This document shows, in pieces, positions 11,601 through 23,664 of a DNA stretch of 64,000 nucleotides. This DNA comes from Azolla caroliniana (taxonomy: Eukaryota; Plantae; Polypodiophyta). The notes below the pieces were generated by a model, which did no database searches, was not told the DNA's origin, and worked only from the letters and a program-made list of their open reading frames with translations. Where the stretch lies: positions 434,001 through 498,000 of the forward strand of contig JBHGNT010000022.1 in the NCBI GenBank assembly GCA_043228905.1, given 5' to 3'. A program made the translations under genes and the position numbers. Every line of letters starts with the position of its first letter. Within the stretch, counting starts at the first letter, position 1.

Positions 11601-12437
11601 GAACTGGAAGATGAATCGGGAGCGACCGTTTCAAACAAGAGCTGAAACAAATCGGAGACAGCCGATTCAATTCAATAGACGGATTCGAAAGAACCAGATC
11701 AATTCAAGGCCAAGAGGATGAGACGGCAGTGAAAGTCGACGCCAACATAAAGGAATCGGCGAATCAGCAAGCGCCAAAATCACAGCAGTGAGGGAGCTGA
11801 ATTGGGCCTGCTGAACAGACAAGCCAACCGAGGAGGTCGAGATGCGCAGAAACAGAAGGGTCGTGGCAAACGAGACCAGACCGGACGAGGAGCGCGAGCG
11901 AGATGGAATGACGCCAGAAGGAGCTAGGTGGAAGGATCGGCTATCATGGAGACTAACACTATGATTTGACCTCAAGTTGAGCTTGAGGGGGAGTGTTGAG
12001 CGGCAAGCTCAACCGAATCCGGATCGGCTGAATAAGCCTGAGCCGGATCTGTGAGACGGATCGGACGGATCAACAAGACGGTGAGCAAGTGAGTCAGTGA
12101 GCAAGTGAGTCGGTGAGCTAGGGAGCCGGTTAGCTGGAACAAACAGTAACCGGAAGTCTAGTAGTAGTCTAGACTACTAGGTAGTTAATAGTCTCGTAGT
12201 TAGTGTCAGACGATTGAGTGAGCATTGAAGTACGCGGTACTTCTGTTAGTCCTCTTAGGACTTGTATAAATAGTGTTGTTGAGCATGTTTTATGTACACA
12301 GAGAGCTATTATTGTTTGGTAATAGATTTAAGTTGTTCTGCTTTTTCTCTGTCTCTCCCGCGTACTGTAAAGCTTTCCATTAAACCTACGTGTTTTCTGT
12401 GTTCGTTTTCTATTGCTTCCGCACATAATCTTTTTCA
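8692..12437 (+). mobile_element. Copia family B, 3' part: integrase, RT, RNase H, long 3' region, PPT and 3' LTR (11994-12437)
   Basis: YTPEQNGVAKRKN; RT ORF 9283-10716 (YKARLVVKGY, QMDVKNAFLQG, LLYVDDL, GYTDANWAG); PPT TTGAGGGGGAG at 11983-11993; LTR TGTTGAG...TTTTCA. The right LTR end is inferred. Confidence 0.88.
11178..11831 (+). repeat. 327-bp tandem duplication, apparently identical copies
   Basis: Copies at 11178-11504 and 11505-11831, with GGA microhomology at the junctions. Confidence 0.93.
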
Positions 12438-12477
12438 ATTGGCTATGTCTAGATCATAGCTCGGGGGTGGTCGAGTG

Positions 12478-12839
12478 GAATGGGTTCTTCTATCTAATCT
12501 ATTTTCCTTCTTTTTACTTTATTTTGATCTATTGATTAGTAATAGAATCTTAACACCCTCGATGTCGATCCATGAACTCCTTTTGATGGCATTGCTCTTG
12601 TTCCAGTATCACCTTGCTTCGTACCCTGTCTTCATGAGTTCGAGAAGTTGTTGCAGTCGAATGGGTTCTTCTATCTAATCTATTTTCCTTCTTTTTACTT
12701 TATTTTGATCTATTGATTAGTAATAGAATCTTAACACCCTCGATGCCGATCCATGAACTCCTTTTGATGGCATTTCTCTTGTTCCAGTATCACCTTGCTT
12801 CGTACCCTATCTTCGTGAGTTTGAGAAGTTGTTGTAGTC
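12478..12839. repeat. 181-bp diverged tandem duplication in the gypsy integrase 3' region
   Basis: GAATGGGTTCTTCTATCTAATC... starts at 12478 and again at 12659. Confidence 0.9.
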
Positions 12840-15800
12840 GTAGTTGTCCTGACTATTTTTCGGGAAGGCATTCATGAATCTGTATCCGCAAGCTCGGAAC
12901 CTGGAACTTGATAGGCGCTACGGCTTCGATTCCAAAGGCTAACCGGAATGGGGTAGATTGGATACTAGTTTTAAAACTTGTTCGGTATGCCCATAGGGTG
13001 CTTTGGAGCTTAGTATCCCAATCCGTGTGGTTGCCATTAATGATCTTCTTTAGAATATTTTGTATGGTTTTGTTCGTCGACTCCACTAGTCCATTCACCT
13101 AAGGGTAATACATGGTACTCTTTTTGTGGACTACGGCATAGTGGTTGGTGAGCCTATGAATCACCGTATTTAGGAAGTGGCCTCCTTGGTTGCTGATGAG
13201 TTCGATTGGACATCCAAAATGGCACCGGATGTTTTCATACAAAAATTTTGTGGTAGATGCCGCCATGTTGTCCTGTAATGCTTTTGCCTCTACCCATTTG
13301 GTGCAGTAATCCGTTGTGACCAAAATGTATATGTTGCCCATGTGCGCCACGGATGGGGTAAATGGGCTGACAAAATCGAGGCCCCATTTTTGGAATAGCT
13401 CTAATGGGAGCAAGGGTTGATGCGGTATTCGGGCTCGCTCCGTGGGTGGTCCCATTCACTAAATAGGTTGCACTCTCGGTAGTATGCATGGGCGTCCTTC
13501 TATGTGGTTGACCACAAGAATCCACCTTGCCATATCTTCCGTGCAGTAGTGTCACCCGCGTAATGGACCCTGGTTATACCGCAATGGGCTTCTCGTAACA
13601 TGGCTTCCTTCTCATCATTTCGAACACACCTTAGACAAATTCAGTCGCTTCCCTTGTGATACATGGTGTCTTCTAATAAGCAAAAGTGACGACTCCTGAT
13701 TGCCAATTGCTTCTTCTCGTCCATTCGCATCTGTGGAGGTGGTAAACCCGTGCTCAGGAATTGGTTCATATCCTCAAGCCATTTGTCGTGTGGTGGCGAC
13801 TTGTCTATCTGGGCATCGCTTGCCGAAATGCGTAGGATTCCGCTATCCGAAAAGTCATCATCCCCTTTGACAACATTATCTCCGTTTTCAATACGACTTA
13901 GGTAGTCGGAAACCCTATACGTGACTTCTTCGACATCAGAGAGAGAAGGGTCACATGATCCTCATGAAAGATGAATTTTTGACCCAGTAGGTAGTGTCAA
14001 AATTTATTGATGTTATATATCATACCTAGGGCTTCCTGCTCGGTCGTGGAGTAGTTATGTTCGGCAACCGAAAGTTTTCGGCTTGAGTAATAGACGGGCC
14101 GATACCAATTTGGTTCAGTCAACTGCATCAATGCGCTGCTGATGGCTATGTTTGACTCATCCACGAACATGTGGAACGGACGCGTCCAATCTGGTGGTTG
14201 TACCACTAGTGCATGAGTGAGCATGACCTTCAAAGCCATGTATGCCTTGTCTTCCTTTTTTGACCAACTGAACGTGTTCGATGCACTGCCGCATGCAAGG
14301 GTGTCGCAAAGTTCGCTAGATAGCGCAACATTTGACTGTGCCAATGGATTTGTCCTAGAACACGACTTAAGCCCTTCATATTCTTCAGGGTCATAGCCTC
14401 TATGATGGCCTTAATCTTCCCTGGATCAATTGAAATGTCGTCCCGGCTTACTATGTGCCCCAGGAAATCACACTGGTTACGCCGAACGTGCACTTGGCTA
14501 GATTAAGGCTAAGTCGTGTAGAGCGGCATCGCTTTAAGCAAAATCGGAGGTGCCGTAAATGCACATCCTGTATGTCGTAAACTGCGAAGTCATCGAGGAA
14601 GACTTGCATAAAAGCGGGTATGTATTCGCCGAAGATTTCCGTGATGATGCAATGAAATGTCTCAGGCACTGTTTTAAGCCCGAACATCATTACCACGACT
14701 ACGAATACGCCCCAATCCGTCATGAAAGCGGTTTTTTCCTGATCATCAGGATGCATACATATCTTATTATAGTCGTTGAATCCATCTAAAAATCTATACA
14801 TTTCGTGCCCGGCTATGGCGTCGAGTACGCCATCTATGAAGGGAAGAGGAAAAGCATCTATAATTGTTACCGCGTTAAGTTTGTGATAGTCGATGCAGAC
14901 GCAAATTTTCTCGTTCTTCTTTGGGATGACTACAATCGGACTCAGCTACGTTGCCTGCTTGACTGGTCTGATGAACCCGAATTTCAAGAGTTTATCGATT
15001 TCTTCTTTTACGCAAGCCGCGTAATTCAGGTTCATTCGGTAACGCCTTTGCTGGACAGGCTTTGTATCCGTCGCCAGGTTAATCTGATGTTGGTAGAACT
15101 TTGGGTTCAGCCCCTTCATGTCCTCATGAGGCCATGCGAATACATCTTTATATTCATGCAATAGTTCGATCATGCCCGCCTTTTCCGAAGGCAGTAAGTC
15201 CTTTGCTATCGAGAAGGGACACGGCGTGTCAGAAGTCTCGACATTGATTTCCTCTAAGGTTGATGTCATGACACGTCTAGAGATTTCCATTTCTCGGTCG
15301 AACACGTCTTGCGCCCTCTAAAGTTCCATGATGGCCTCCGTATCAAGTTCGCACTCCTCGGCTCCCGTTGTTCCCGGCGTGGCGTACGCTCTAGCCATCT
15401 CGATGACATCGATGTCAAAAAATGGCACGATTCAAGGGGTCTCTTCCATATAAGTTTCTAGTTCCTCATCATCTAACCCCTCTAGCATGTGGACTTCTTC
15501 CACGTAAATCAGAGTCATAACTTTAGTGGATGGAGTGCTCTCCTGTGTCGGCACCCGAACCTTGGCTCAGCCTCGCCGAAAACTGATGTTGTTGTGCTGC
15601 CAATTCTGCTTGATGTTTGCCGGGCGCAGTCATGGGCGGCCTAACAGTAGGGGGTAAGCACCTGGAGCATCTAGGACCAATACGACGGCCGATATCTCGA
15701 ATGTATGTCCGCCTATCACGATCTTTAACTTCCGAAATAGATCCAATGGTCGGACGGATCGAGTATCCACCATGCGGAGCCAGAATGGGCATACTTCCCA

Positions 15801-15999
15801 CACTGTAATGCCGAGGCGGTTGCAAGTGGCTTTGCTAATGACGTTCACTCCTGAACCTCCATTGACTATGCACCCTGAGATTTCTTCCCCTTATAAGATA
15901 ACTTTAATGGCCGGGTTATGGTGATCCACCATGGCCGGCCTTCTAATAGATTCGGCAAAATTGGCAAGAATCATTACTCGGTCTATGTTACGCATACGT

Positions 16000-17370
16000 G
16001 TCTCCATGGCTTGCCGGAATCGAGGAACTAAATATAGCAGCTTGTTCATTGTTAGGATGATCTAGCAGTCCGTGAGGGCCTACCATACCGGATTCTCCCC
16101 CATCGTAGCATCCTCCGTATGGGACGATGTTGCCTCGATTGCCGTGTCCTGATGCATGCGATCAATGTTGGCCTCATTGGCTTTGTCTACCCAAGCTTCT
16201 ACAACTTTTCTTATGTCATCTTGTACTTCCCACTCGGTTGCCTTCAACTAGCTCTAAGTGGTCACTTGTTGTACCTCTGTCGTGATCTTATTCACCACCG
16301 CTCCCTTGCCCTTATCGCGTTGCAGGCACTAAGTCGCGTAATGTCCTGGTTGTTGACAGTTAAAAGAATGTAGAATGGACTCACCTTCTTCTGCTATGGG
16401 TTGAGCCAAGGGCTCGGGTAGTGGTACAAGCTCATCACGAGGGCGTTGTTGATACTGATGTTGCCACGTATTCTGGGGCTTCCTGCGGTAATCACGATTA
16501 TTGTTATTCTGGGGACGACGTTGGTCTTCCTCCGAGCTGTCATCGTGGGACTATTGGTTACGGGGCTGCATGTCGCCTCCGTACGTCCGTGCTTCGACCT
16601 GCCCACCTCGATTACTCGTGGAGCGTCGATTCTCATTGTGCCGCCCTCCGCGGTTGTTATACTTATCATTACGACGATAGGCCTCTTCCTCTTGATCATC
16701 ATCGTCCTAATATTGATCATCATCTCGACTATTACGGTCCTTTCAGTCATTATGCCGATTCCGGTCCGCGTTCCGATACTGCTCGTCTTGTCGAAATCGA
16801 TCGTTGGGTTGTTGATTGTTACATTGTGGTTCGATACGTCGAACCGGCACCGAGGGTTGATTCAAAAGGTTGTATTCGCATTGGTCGACTATATGTGCGC
16901 GAGAATGGCAAATAGGGTTGTGAGCCCGCATGTTGTAGTCGACCGCCGAGTGTCCCGAGTTAAGGCAGATTGTGCATTGAATGGCCTGCCGGAAATGATA
17001 TGCGTCATCTTGCGATAACGCTTGCCATAAGGATGTCATGGACATTCCTTCATCGGTGTCTTCCAGCTCCAACTGAAGAACTTGGTCGACGACCATGTCC
17101 GTTGTTTGGCCCGTAAAATCAAGCATGCCTAGCATCGTTCACATGGGGCAGCACAACGCGGTGAGGAAAGTTTCCTTAGCCTCATCCTCATTAGGTGCCC
17201 GCATAAGCTGGCTTCTTAAGTTCTTGAATTGGATTACGAAATCAGCGACTGATTCCTGATTGAACTACTAGATAGCGTAGAACTGACCAATGATTTCACG
17301 TTGCGGAACACTCCGGTGAAACAGTCGAAAGAACGTCGTGCGGAGCTGGTCGAACGTCATGAAGGTCAAG
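16000..17370 (-). pseudogene. gag2 of the gypsy element (partial capsid plus zinc knuckles), leading into protease
   Basis: TFDQLRTTFFRLFHRSVPQREIIGQFY..ESVADFVIQFKNLRSQL..CTICLNSGHSAVD..CHSRAHIVDQC, and a later NCQQPGHYA knuckle remnant. Confidence 0.75.
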
Positions 17371-18392
17371 AGATCATCCAAAGTTGTCTTAGGTGGGTTT
17401 GGTTGGAAGTGGTGGGAGGTTTGTCGCACAAGTGCTATTGGTGCTTTCAATGACCCGGTGTAGTGGGCAGAGGACCTCCTGACCACTCGTGCTCTGCTTG
17501 GTGAGTGCGGACTTGAACACGCTTACGTTGAGATCTGGTAAGCGAGTGTCAAGGCGTGACTTTTCAATGGCAACTTATGCCACCTTTCGGGATTCTACCT
17601 GAGTCTGGGGTTTACCTCTGCAATTTGCTTCTTTGCTTCCTCTACAGCTAGACGACATCCATTCCCTAATGTTCAGTTGTGCTTCTCACAGACCACCGGG
17701 CATGCCAGAAGTGTTACCGATTAAGGTGACACAGTGCCGAATCCTTGGTCCTTTGGGGTTCAACTCAAGGGTATTGTGGTTCAGGAATGGGAGAGTACAT
17801 CGTAACCGTGATACGGGTGACTATACACTGAGTTCATAAGTGTTACTTAATCGTGGAGACTGTGGAGATTAGGAAGATGGCTACAACCGACTTCTTACGC
17901 AATAGCGTTGTCGTGTGGCGCATGACACACGTGCCAAACGTCGTGATGTGCGCGTCACAAGCGCGGACAAGCACCGGGCCTCTATCCGCTAGTGGTTATG
18001 GAGGATTGATGATGGGATCATTCAAGATAACGGAACTGCGGAAGGACTAACGCAAGCGAGAAGTATTAAAGATAAATTGATAGATAGATACAGGTGGGAA
18101 TTCCTATTCCCGGTTTGAACTTTTAACTTCAAAATTGAGATAGAAGACACCTTGTCATCGAGATAACTAGAACTTATTAATTATTGTTGATTGTATACAT
18201 TGTCTCCCCTTTCTTTCTCTTTCTCTCCTTCTTATATAGATGCCCCCATGCATATGTGCATGTGAGGGTGTAGTACATACATACAATGCATGAGATGCAT
18301 GTGATGCATGATGACCATGTACCTTATCTAAGCTCTCATGTACAAACAATTTTGTGTGAAATGTACAATGAACAAAATTAACTTTCAAATGA

Positions 18393-18463
18393 AACAATGT
18401 AGTCTAATGGTATGTCTATTGCCTCCTATCTTGGAGGTGTAAGGTTCAAAACCTTCACTTGCA
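18393..18463 (+). promoter_or_regulatory. tRNA-like A/B-box cassette in the 3' LTR (copy in the 5' LTR at about 21594-21664)
   Basis: TAGTCTAATGGTA..GCCTCC-TATCTT-GGAGGT stem..AAGG-TTCAAAA-CCTT T-arm-like hairpin. Confidence 0.55.
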
Positions 18464-18991
18464 CCTCATTGTATGCGTTAGGCTTATTACATATATATGT
18501 GTAATGATCATCTAAACACACATCACACTTGCACATTAACCATCACCCCTTCCATACATGTGCATATTGCACCTTCTAGATTTTCCTCGTTCCACGTGAT
18601 TTTCACACCGTTGCCAAAAATCTTCACGACATCCACCCCCACCAAACCGCATGTCCTCCGGTACGTGCCAAGAAGAGAATGTGAGATTTCGGCTACAATG
18701 TGAGATTCCTCCACGTCCTCGTTGACCTCGCTCACGTTTGTGGGTTACGCCTTACTATCTTCATTGTTGAGATCATCGAGTTCGGGACACTCACCTTGTC
18801 TTTTCTTGAAGATCTTTAGTCTTTTTCCCGCAATCGGTATGGCCAACCTTGATCCGTCTAGCTCCACATATGATCCGAACCACCTTCTTGCAAACTTTCT
18901 TGTCGTCTTATGTTGGTTGTCAAAGCTATTGTTGCAAACCAATACCCAACCTTCTTCTTCGATCTTCTTGGGGTGTTGACGATGTGTCTTC

Positions 18992-20988
18992 TCAAAACAA
19001 ATCAAAAAACCGGGTGCTTCTTCTAATTAGCCAATCCTTTTCTTTGAGATGGGAGATAGAAATGTTGGCAATACAACCTCCTCTGTTTAGTTGAACATCC
19101 CACCATCTTGATGCATCTTTTCCTTCCTTCTTGTGTGCTGTCTTTATAATAACTTCTTTCCTTTCTTCTTTACAAGTAATAACCATCCATTTTACCACAA
19201 CCTCATCTTCTTTGATAACAACCTCAATGTTAGTTATACTTACATCATCATTATAATAATCCCTTGAGTTAACGACATATTTGATCACCGAATTCTTTTT
19301 GACAAGATAAGCATCATATTCAATATCATCTACCCTAAAATTATCCTTCCCAAACACGCTCACAACACCAACATTATCATTATACATATCCCAAACCATC
19401 ATAGCATTTTCTAGATTATCCTCAAATTTATCAACCTTAATCCCATCCTTCCCACACATGCTCACAACATCAACATCATCATTATACAAATCCGAAATAA
19501 CATTTCCTAGATTTTCCTTGCTTATACCCGCGTGATCATTATGTAACCCCACATCCACATGGACATATTTTTGCAGAACATCCTCATCATCACAAGTACC
19601 TATTCTATTTTCATAATGGATATCCTCGTGAATGTCACCATTTGATCTAGTGAAACTCTTATAAAATCTATCATGAAGAAAATCAAGGCAACCTAAAACA
19701 CATGATTTCTCTTCGTCACTCTCACCCTCATCATTACCCCTATCATAACCATATCCACAGAAAGTGCACAACTTTCTATCATCATAACCCTCATTCTTCT
19801 CATGGCACTCACTCTCACCATCAATAATGCATTCTCCCTTACTATCATCAAGCCCTAAATCGTGTGTTTCATTTCTATCATCACCGTCATCACATTTAAA
19901 TGTAAAGTTTTCGTCTTTTTCTAATTCCTTCTCTTGTTTGTGGCTCTTATTAAACCTATCATACTTGTCATCAAAATTTAAACCATGACAGTTTTGATCC
20001 CAACCTTTCTCACCATCATGGCTTCCGTCGAGTGCTTTTTCATTAGCACAACCATGAAGAGCTTGACATTGATTTCTCCTCTTGTGTTTATAGTAATCTT
20101 TGTCACGATCATAACTTTGTAGATCTCGAGCACTCTTTGTGAGTTTGTAATGATCTTTGTCTTTGTCATAATCGTGTAAATCTTGATCTTTCTCTTCAAG
20201 CCCACGTTCTTTGTCTGATTTCTCTTCACGATTGCATCCACGAGTATCTTGGTCTTTCCCCTTGGGCCCACATTCTTCATCACATGTCTCTTCACGACTG
20301 CATCCTTGAGTATCTTGGTCTTTCCCCTCGAATATATGTTCTTCGTTCCATGTCTCTTCGTGATCACATCCTTCTTCAGTGCATATCTCTCTTCTCTTGC
20401 GTTTGCAATGATCTTCTTGATGACAATCATAATCTCTCCCTTCAAGATCGTGTTCTTTGTCACATGTTTCTCCTTTGTCGAGTTTGCAATGATCCTCGTA
20501 ACGACCATAGGCACGTCGATCTCGATCTCTCTCTTCGAAACCTTCTTCTTCATTGAATGCCTCTTCACGATCACTGTGAACATATCCATGTTCTTTTCAA
20601 GCCCATGTTCTTCGTTGCGTCTCTCTTCACAACCACATCCTTGAATATCTTGATCTTTTCTTACAAGCCCACATTCTTCGTTGAATGTCTCTTCATGAAA
20701 GTAATCACGAATATCTCGATCATCTTCATCTTCATCATTGTTGAGAAGCCCATGAAAAGGTTGAGGTCCAAATCTGGACGTCATAACTGCTTCATACCAA
20801 TCCGGAACTTCTTGATATAATCTTTCGGCTTGCCTTGCCAACTTGAGATAATCCATCGCTCTATCCTTATCATCCTGCAACATCATTTCAATGGCCTTCC
20901 TTATAAATGGAAGCATTATCAGTCTCGGCCTACCTTCTCTTCTTATAGACTCTTCTAAGTCATAAGCATCCAAGACCGCATCCATCAT
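18992..20988 (-). CDS. Acidic, repeat-rich cargo ORF of about 665 codons, broken by one frameshift near 20597
   Basis: The frame of ORF 18992-19771 stays stop-free up to 20596 (checked codon by codon) and joins the N-terminal frame of ORF 19978-20988 by a -1 shift. It contains D/E/C-rich repeats such as EETCDEECGPKGKDQDTRGCNR. Confidence 0.6.
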
Positions 20989-22079
20989 TCATGATGCCTC
21001 CATTACCACCTTGTGTTTTTTGCGTCGGGTTCACCAAATAGATGTTGTGTGGCGCATGACACACGTGCCAAACATCGTGATGTGTGCGTCACAAGCGCGA
21101 ACAAGCACCAGGCCTCTATCCACTAGTGGTTATGGAGGATTGATGATGGGATCATTCAAGATAACGGAACCGCGGAAGGACTAGTGCAAGCAACGAAACG
21201 GCGGAAGGACTAGCGCAAGCGAGAAGTATTAAAGATAAATTGATAGATAGATATAGGTGGGAATTCCTATTCCCAGTTTGAACTTTTAACTTCAAAATTG
21301 AGATAGAAGACACCTTGTCATCGAGATAACTAGAACTTATTAATTATTGTTGATTGTATACATTGTCTCCCCTTTCTTTCTCTTTCTCTCCTTCTTATAT
21401 AGATGCCCCCATGCATATGTGCATGTGAGGGTGTAGTACATACATACAATGCATGAGATGCATGCAATGCATGATCGCCATTTGGCGCTCATGCATCATA
21501 TGTGATGCATGATGACCATGTACCTTATCTAAGCTCTCATGCACAAACAATTTTGTGTGAAATGTACAATGAACAAAATTAACTTTCAAATGAAACAACG
21601 TAATCTAATGGTATGTCTATTGCCTCCTATCTTGGATGTGTAGGGTTCAAAACCTTTACTTGCACCTCATTATATGCGTTAGGCTTATTATATATATGTG
21701 TGTAATGATCACCTAAACACACATCACACGTGCACATTAACCATCACCCCTTCCATACATGTGCATATTGCACCTTCTCAATTTTCCTTGTTCCACGTGA
21801 TTTTCACACTGTTGCCGAAAATCTTCACGACAGCGTACACAACGTATATGACTCAACACAGAAAATGAACTCGACACAAAATAGATACGAAGTGTTACCA
21901 AAACATAGAGAGTCAGACAAATAGAGACTAATTGCAGATGTTGGATACAAAATTATCGCTAGCTATTACAAGTTTTCCATGCCCTTTATGTACAGGGTCA
22001 TGGGTGGTTACTCTCGGTGTGTGAATCGTTAATTTTCTTAAAATATTAATTACGCTTTGCTTGTCCCTACGCTACGGTT

Positions 22080-23664
22080 GTTACTCCCTCTTTATTACGC
22101 TATGGCCCCATCCATCCTCTTCGCTTGCCGTAACTGTCCCTTTGTCTTTTCTCCTTCTTGACCTTTCCCACTTGGCCCTCCAAGGCGACCAACACCAATC
22201 CGGGTATCGTCTTTCGCCTCCTCTCCGGTCGTAGTCTGGAGACTAATCTCGCTCATAGCAGACCCGAACATAATCCTCTCTCCGTCGGTCATCGTACCGG
22301 TATCCGCGTTCTAGTCTGTAACGGTCCTCTCTTCGAAACCACTCCTCATCCGGTTGTCGGTCATTCCAGGGCTCAATTTGGCGGACTGGCCCTGCCTGCC
22401 GATTTAATCAATTATACTCACATCGGTCCATGGTGTGTGACCGGGAGTGACACCTCATACATTGGGTCTACATCGTACATTTCACAGTGGAATGACCAGG
22501 GTTGAGACACATCGTGCACTATATTGACTGCCAAAATTGCAGGTCCTCCTCTCTCGGCAGTGCACGTTGTAAGGTCCCCATCGCCATGTAGTTTCATTTT
22601 TGGGCCTGATCCAACTCTAGAACCTGGTCAATGACTTCATCAATGGTGTTCGTACGGAAATCTAGCACTTCTAGCATCGTTCGGAGTGGCTCCCGAAGTG
22701 CGGCCAAAAACATTGCCTTCACTTCGTCCTCCTAGGGTGCCATTGTGAGCTGGTTGTGCAATGTTTGAAACCGGATTATAAATTGTGGGACGGTTTCGTT
22801 GGCTTCCTGGTATGTTGTGTAGAACTATCTGACTAGTTCCCTCTCCTCCACTTGTCGGTGAAACAATCTCAGAAACTTTTCCCGCAAGGCTTGAAATGTG
22901 GCAAAGCTTCCCGAGAGGTGCTTCACATGCCACCTTGCCACGAGTCCTTCTAGTGACATGCCGAATTCCGCGCTTTTCGATCGCTCGGCTTCCACTTCCG
23001 TTACTCGCTACGACACATGGTTGGCCTCCCATGTCTACAAAAAAGTGTATATGAGCGCTTCCGGATCCAGTTCATCCCTATTTTGTGATATGGGTATGCC
23101 ATATTGTCGTCGTCTGTAGCCCATTTCGGTTCCGGCAAGGGTTCGTGTACCGGTGGTGTCGATGGATGATTGTTTTCCTCCTTCGATTCTCGTTCCGGTG
23201 GTGTCAATGTGTGGTCGTCTTCTACTTCTGGTTGTTGTTCCGGATTCCCCTTGTGTTGGTGGTGTCAGTATCGTAATTTCTAACTCTGGTGTCGACATGC
23301 ATTTGGATCCGTCTTCCTACGACTCATATGGAGTGTCATGACTGGATCGATAATTGGAGTGGACGCTCCGTTCATTGTCCGACTCCGACTCGAATGTTGA
23401 GAATGCTTTTGAGTCTCTGGCGCCTATTGCTAGCATTTGCAATAGCGACTCGGCTTCAAGCAAACTAATGGGGCTACTTCCTTCGTCTGATTGTCATTGG
23501 TTTTGTAACCGGATTGTTTCCTCCGAAACCCGCCGAAGCACTCTAGGAAAATATCGATCCCGCCTGATCTCTTTAGCTACCTATTGGTACTCTTCCCACC
23601 TTCGCAGTCGTTCAGCTAATCTTCTCGCTCGTTTGGCCACTAGGTCGTTCGTCTGCTGAGACAT
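22080..23664 (-). pseudogene. gag1 of the gypsy element (full-length-like, many stops)
   Basis: Manual translation: DPEALIYTFL..FGMSLEGLVARWH..TFQALREKFLRLFHRQVEERELV.FY..ETVPQFIIRFQTLHNQL..IDEVIDQVLELD..CTMCLNPGHSTVKC..CMRCHSRSHTMDRC. Confidence 0.78.

Larger units (their letters stand above)
17909..21832 (-). mobile_element. Complete non-autonomous gypsy-derived LTR element (3924 bp): 5' LTR 21043-21832, 3' LTR 17909-18631, 4-bp TSD GCGT
   Basis: Near-identical LTRs with TGTCGTG/CACGACA termini, and GCGT at 17905-17908 and 21833-21836. PBS TGGTGAACCCGACG at 21023-21036, PPT GGTGGGGGTGGA at 18632-18643. No RT; only an integrase C-terminal remnant (RKFARRWFGSY..PIAGKRLKIFKKR). Confidence 0.93.

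Noticed and set aside
16421-17018. Hydrophobic 190-aa ORF resembling a membrane or env-like protein
   Set aside because: It is the antisense reading of the R/D/N-rich low-complexity part of gag2.
19978-20596. K/I/V-rich C-terminal part of the 336-aa ORF as a real protein
   Set aside because: More simply the shifted frame of the acidic repeat ORF after a 1-nt deletion; no canonical X XXY YYZ slippery heptamer at the shift.
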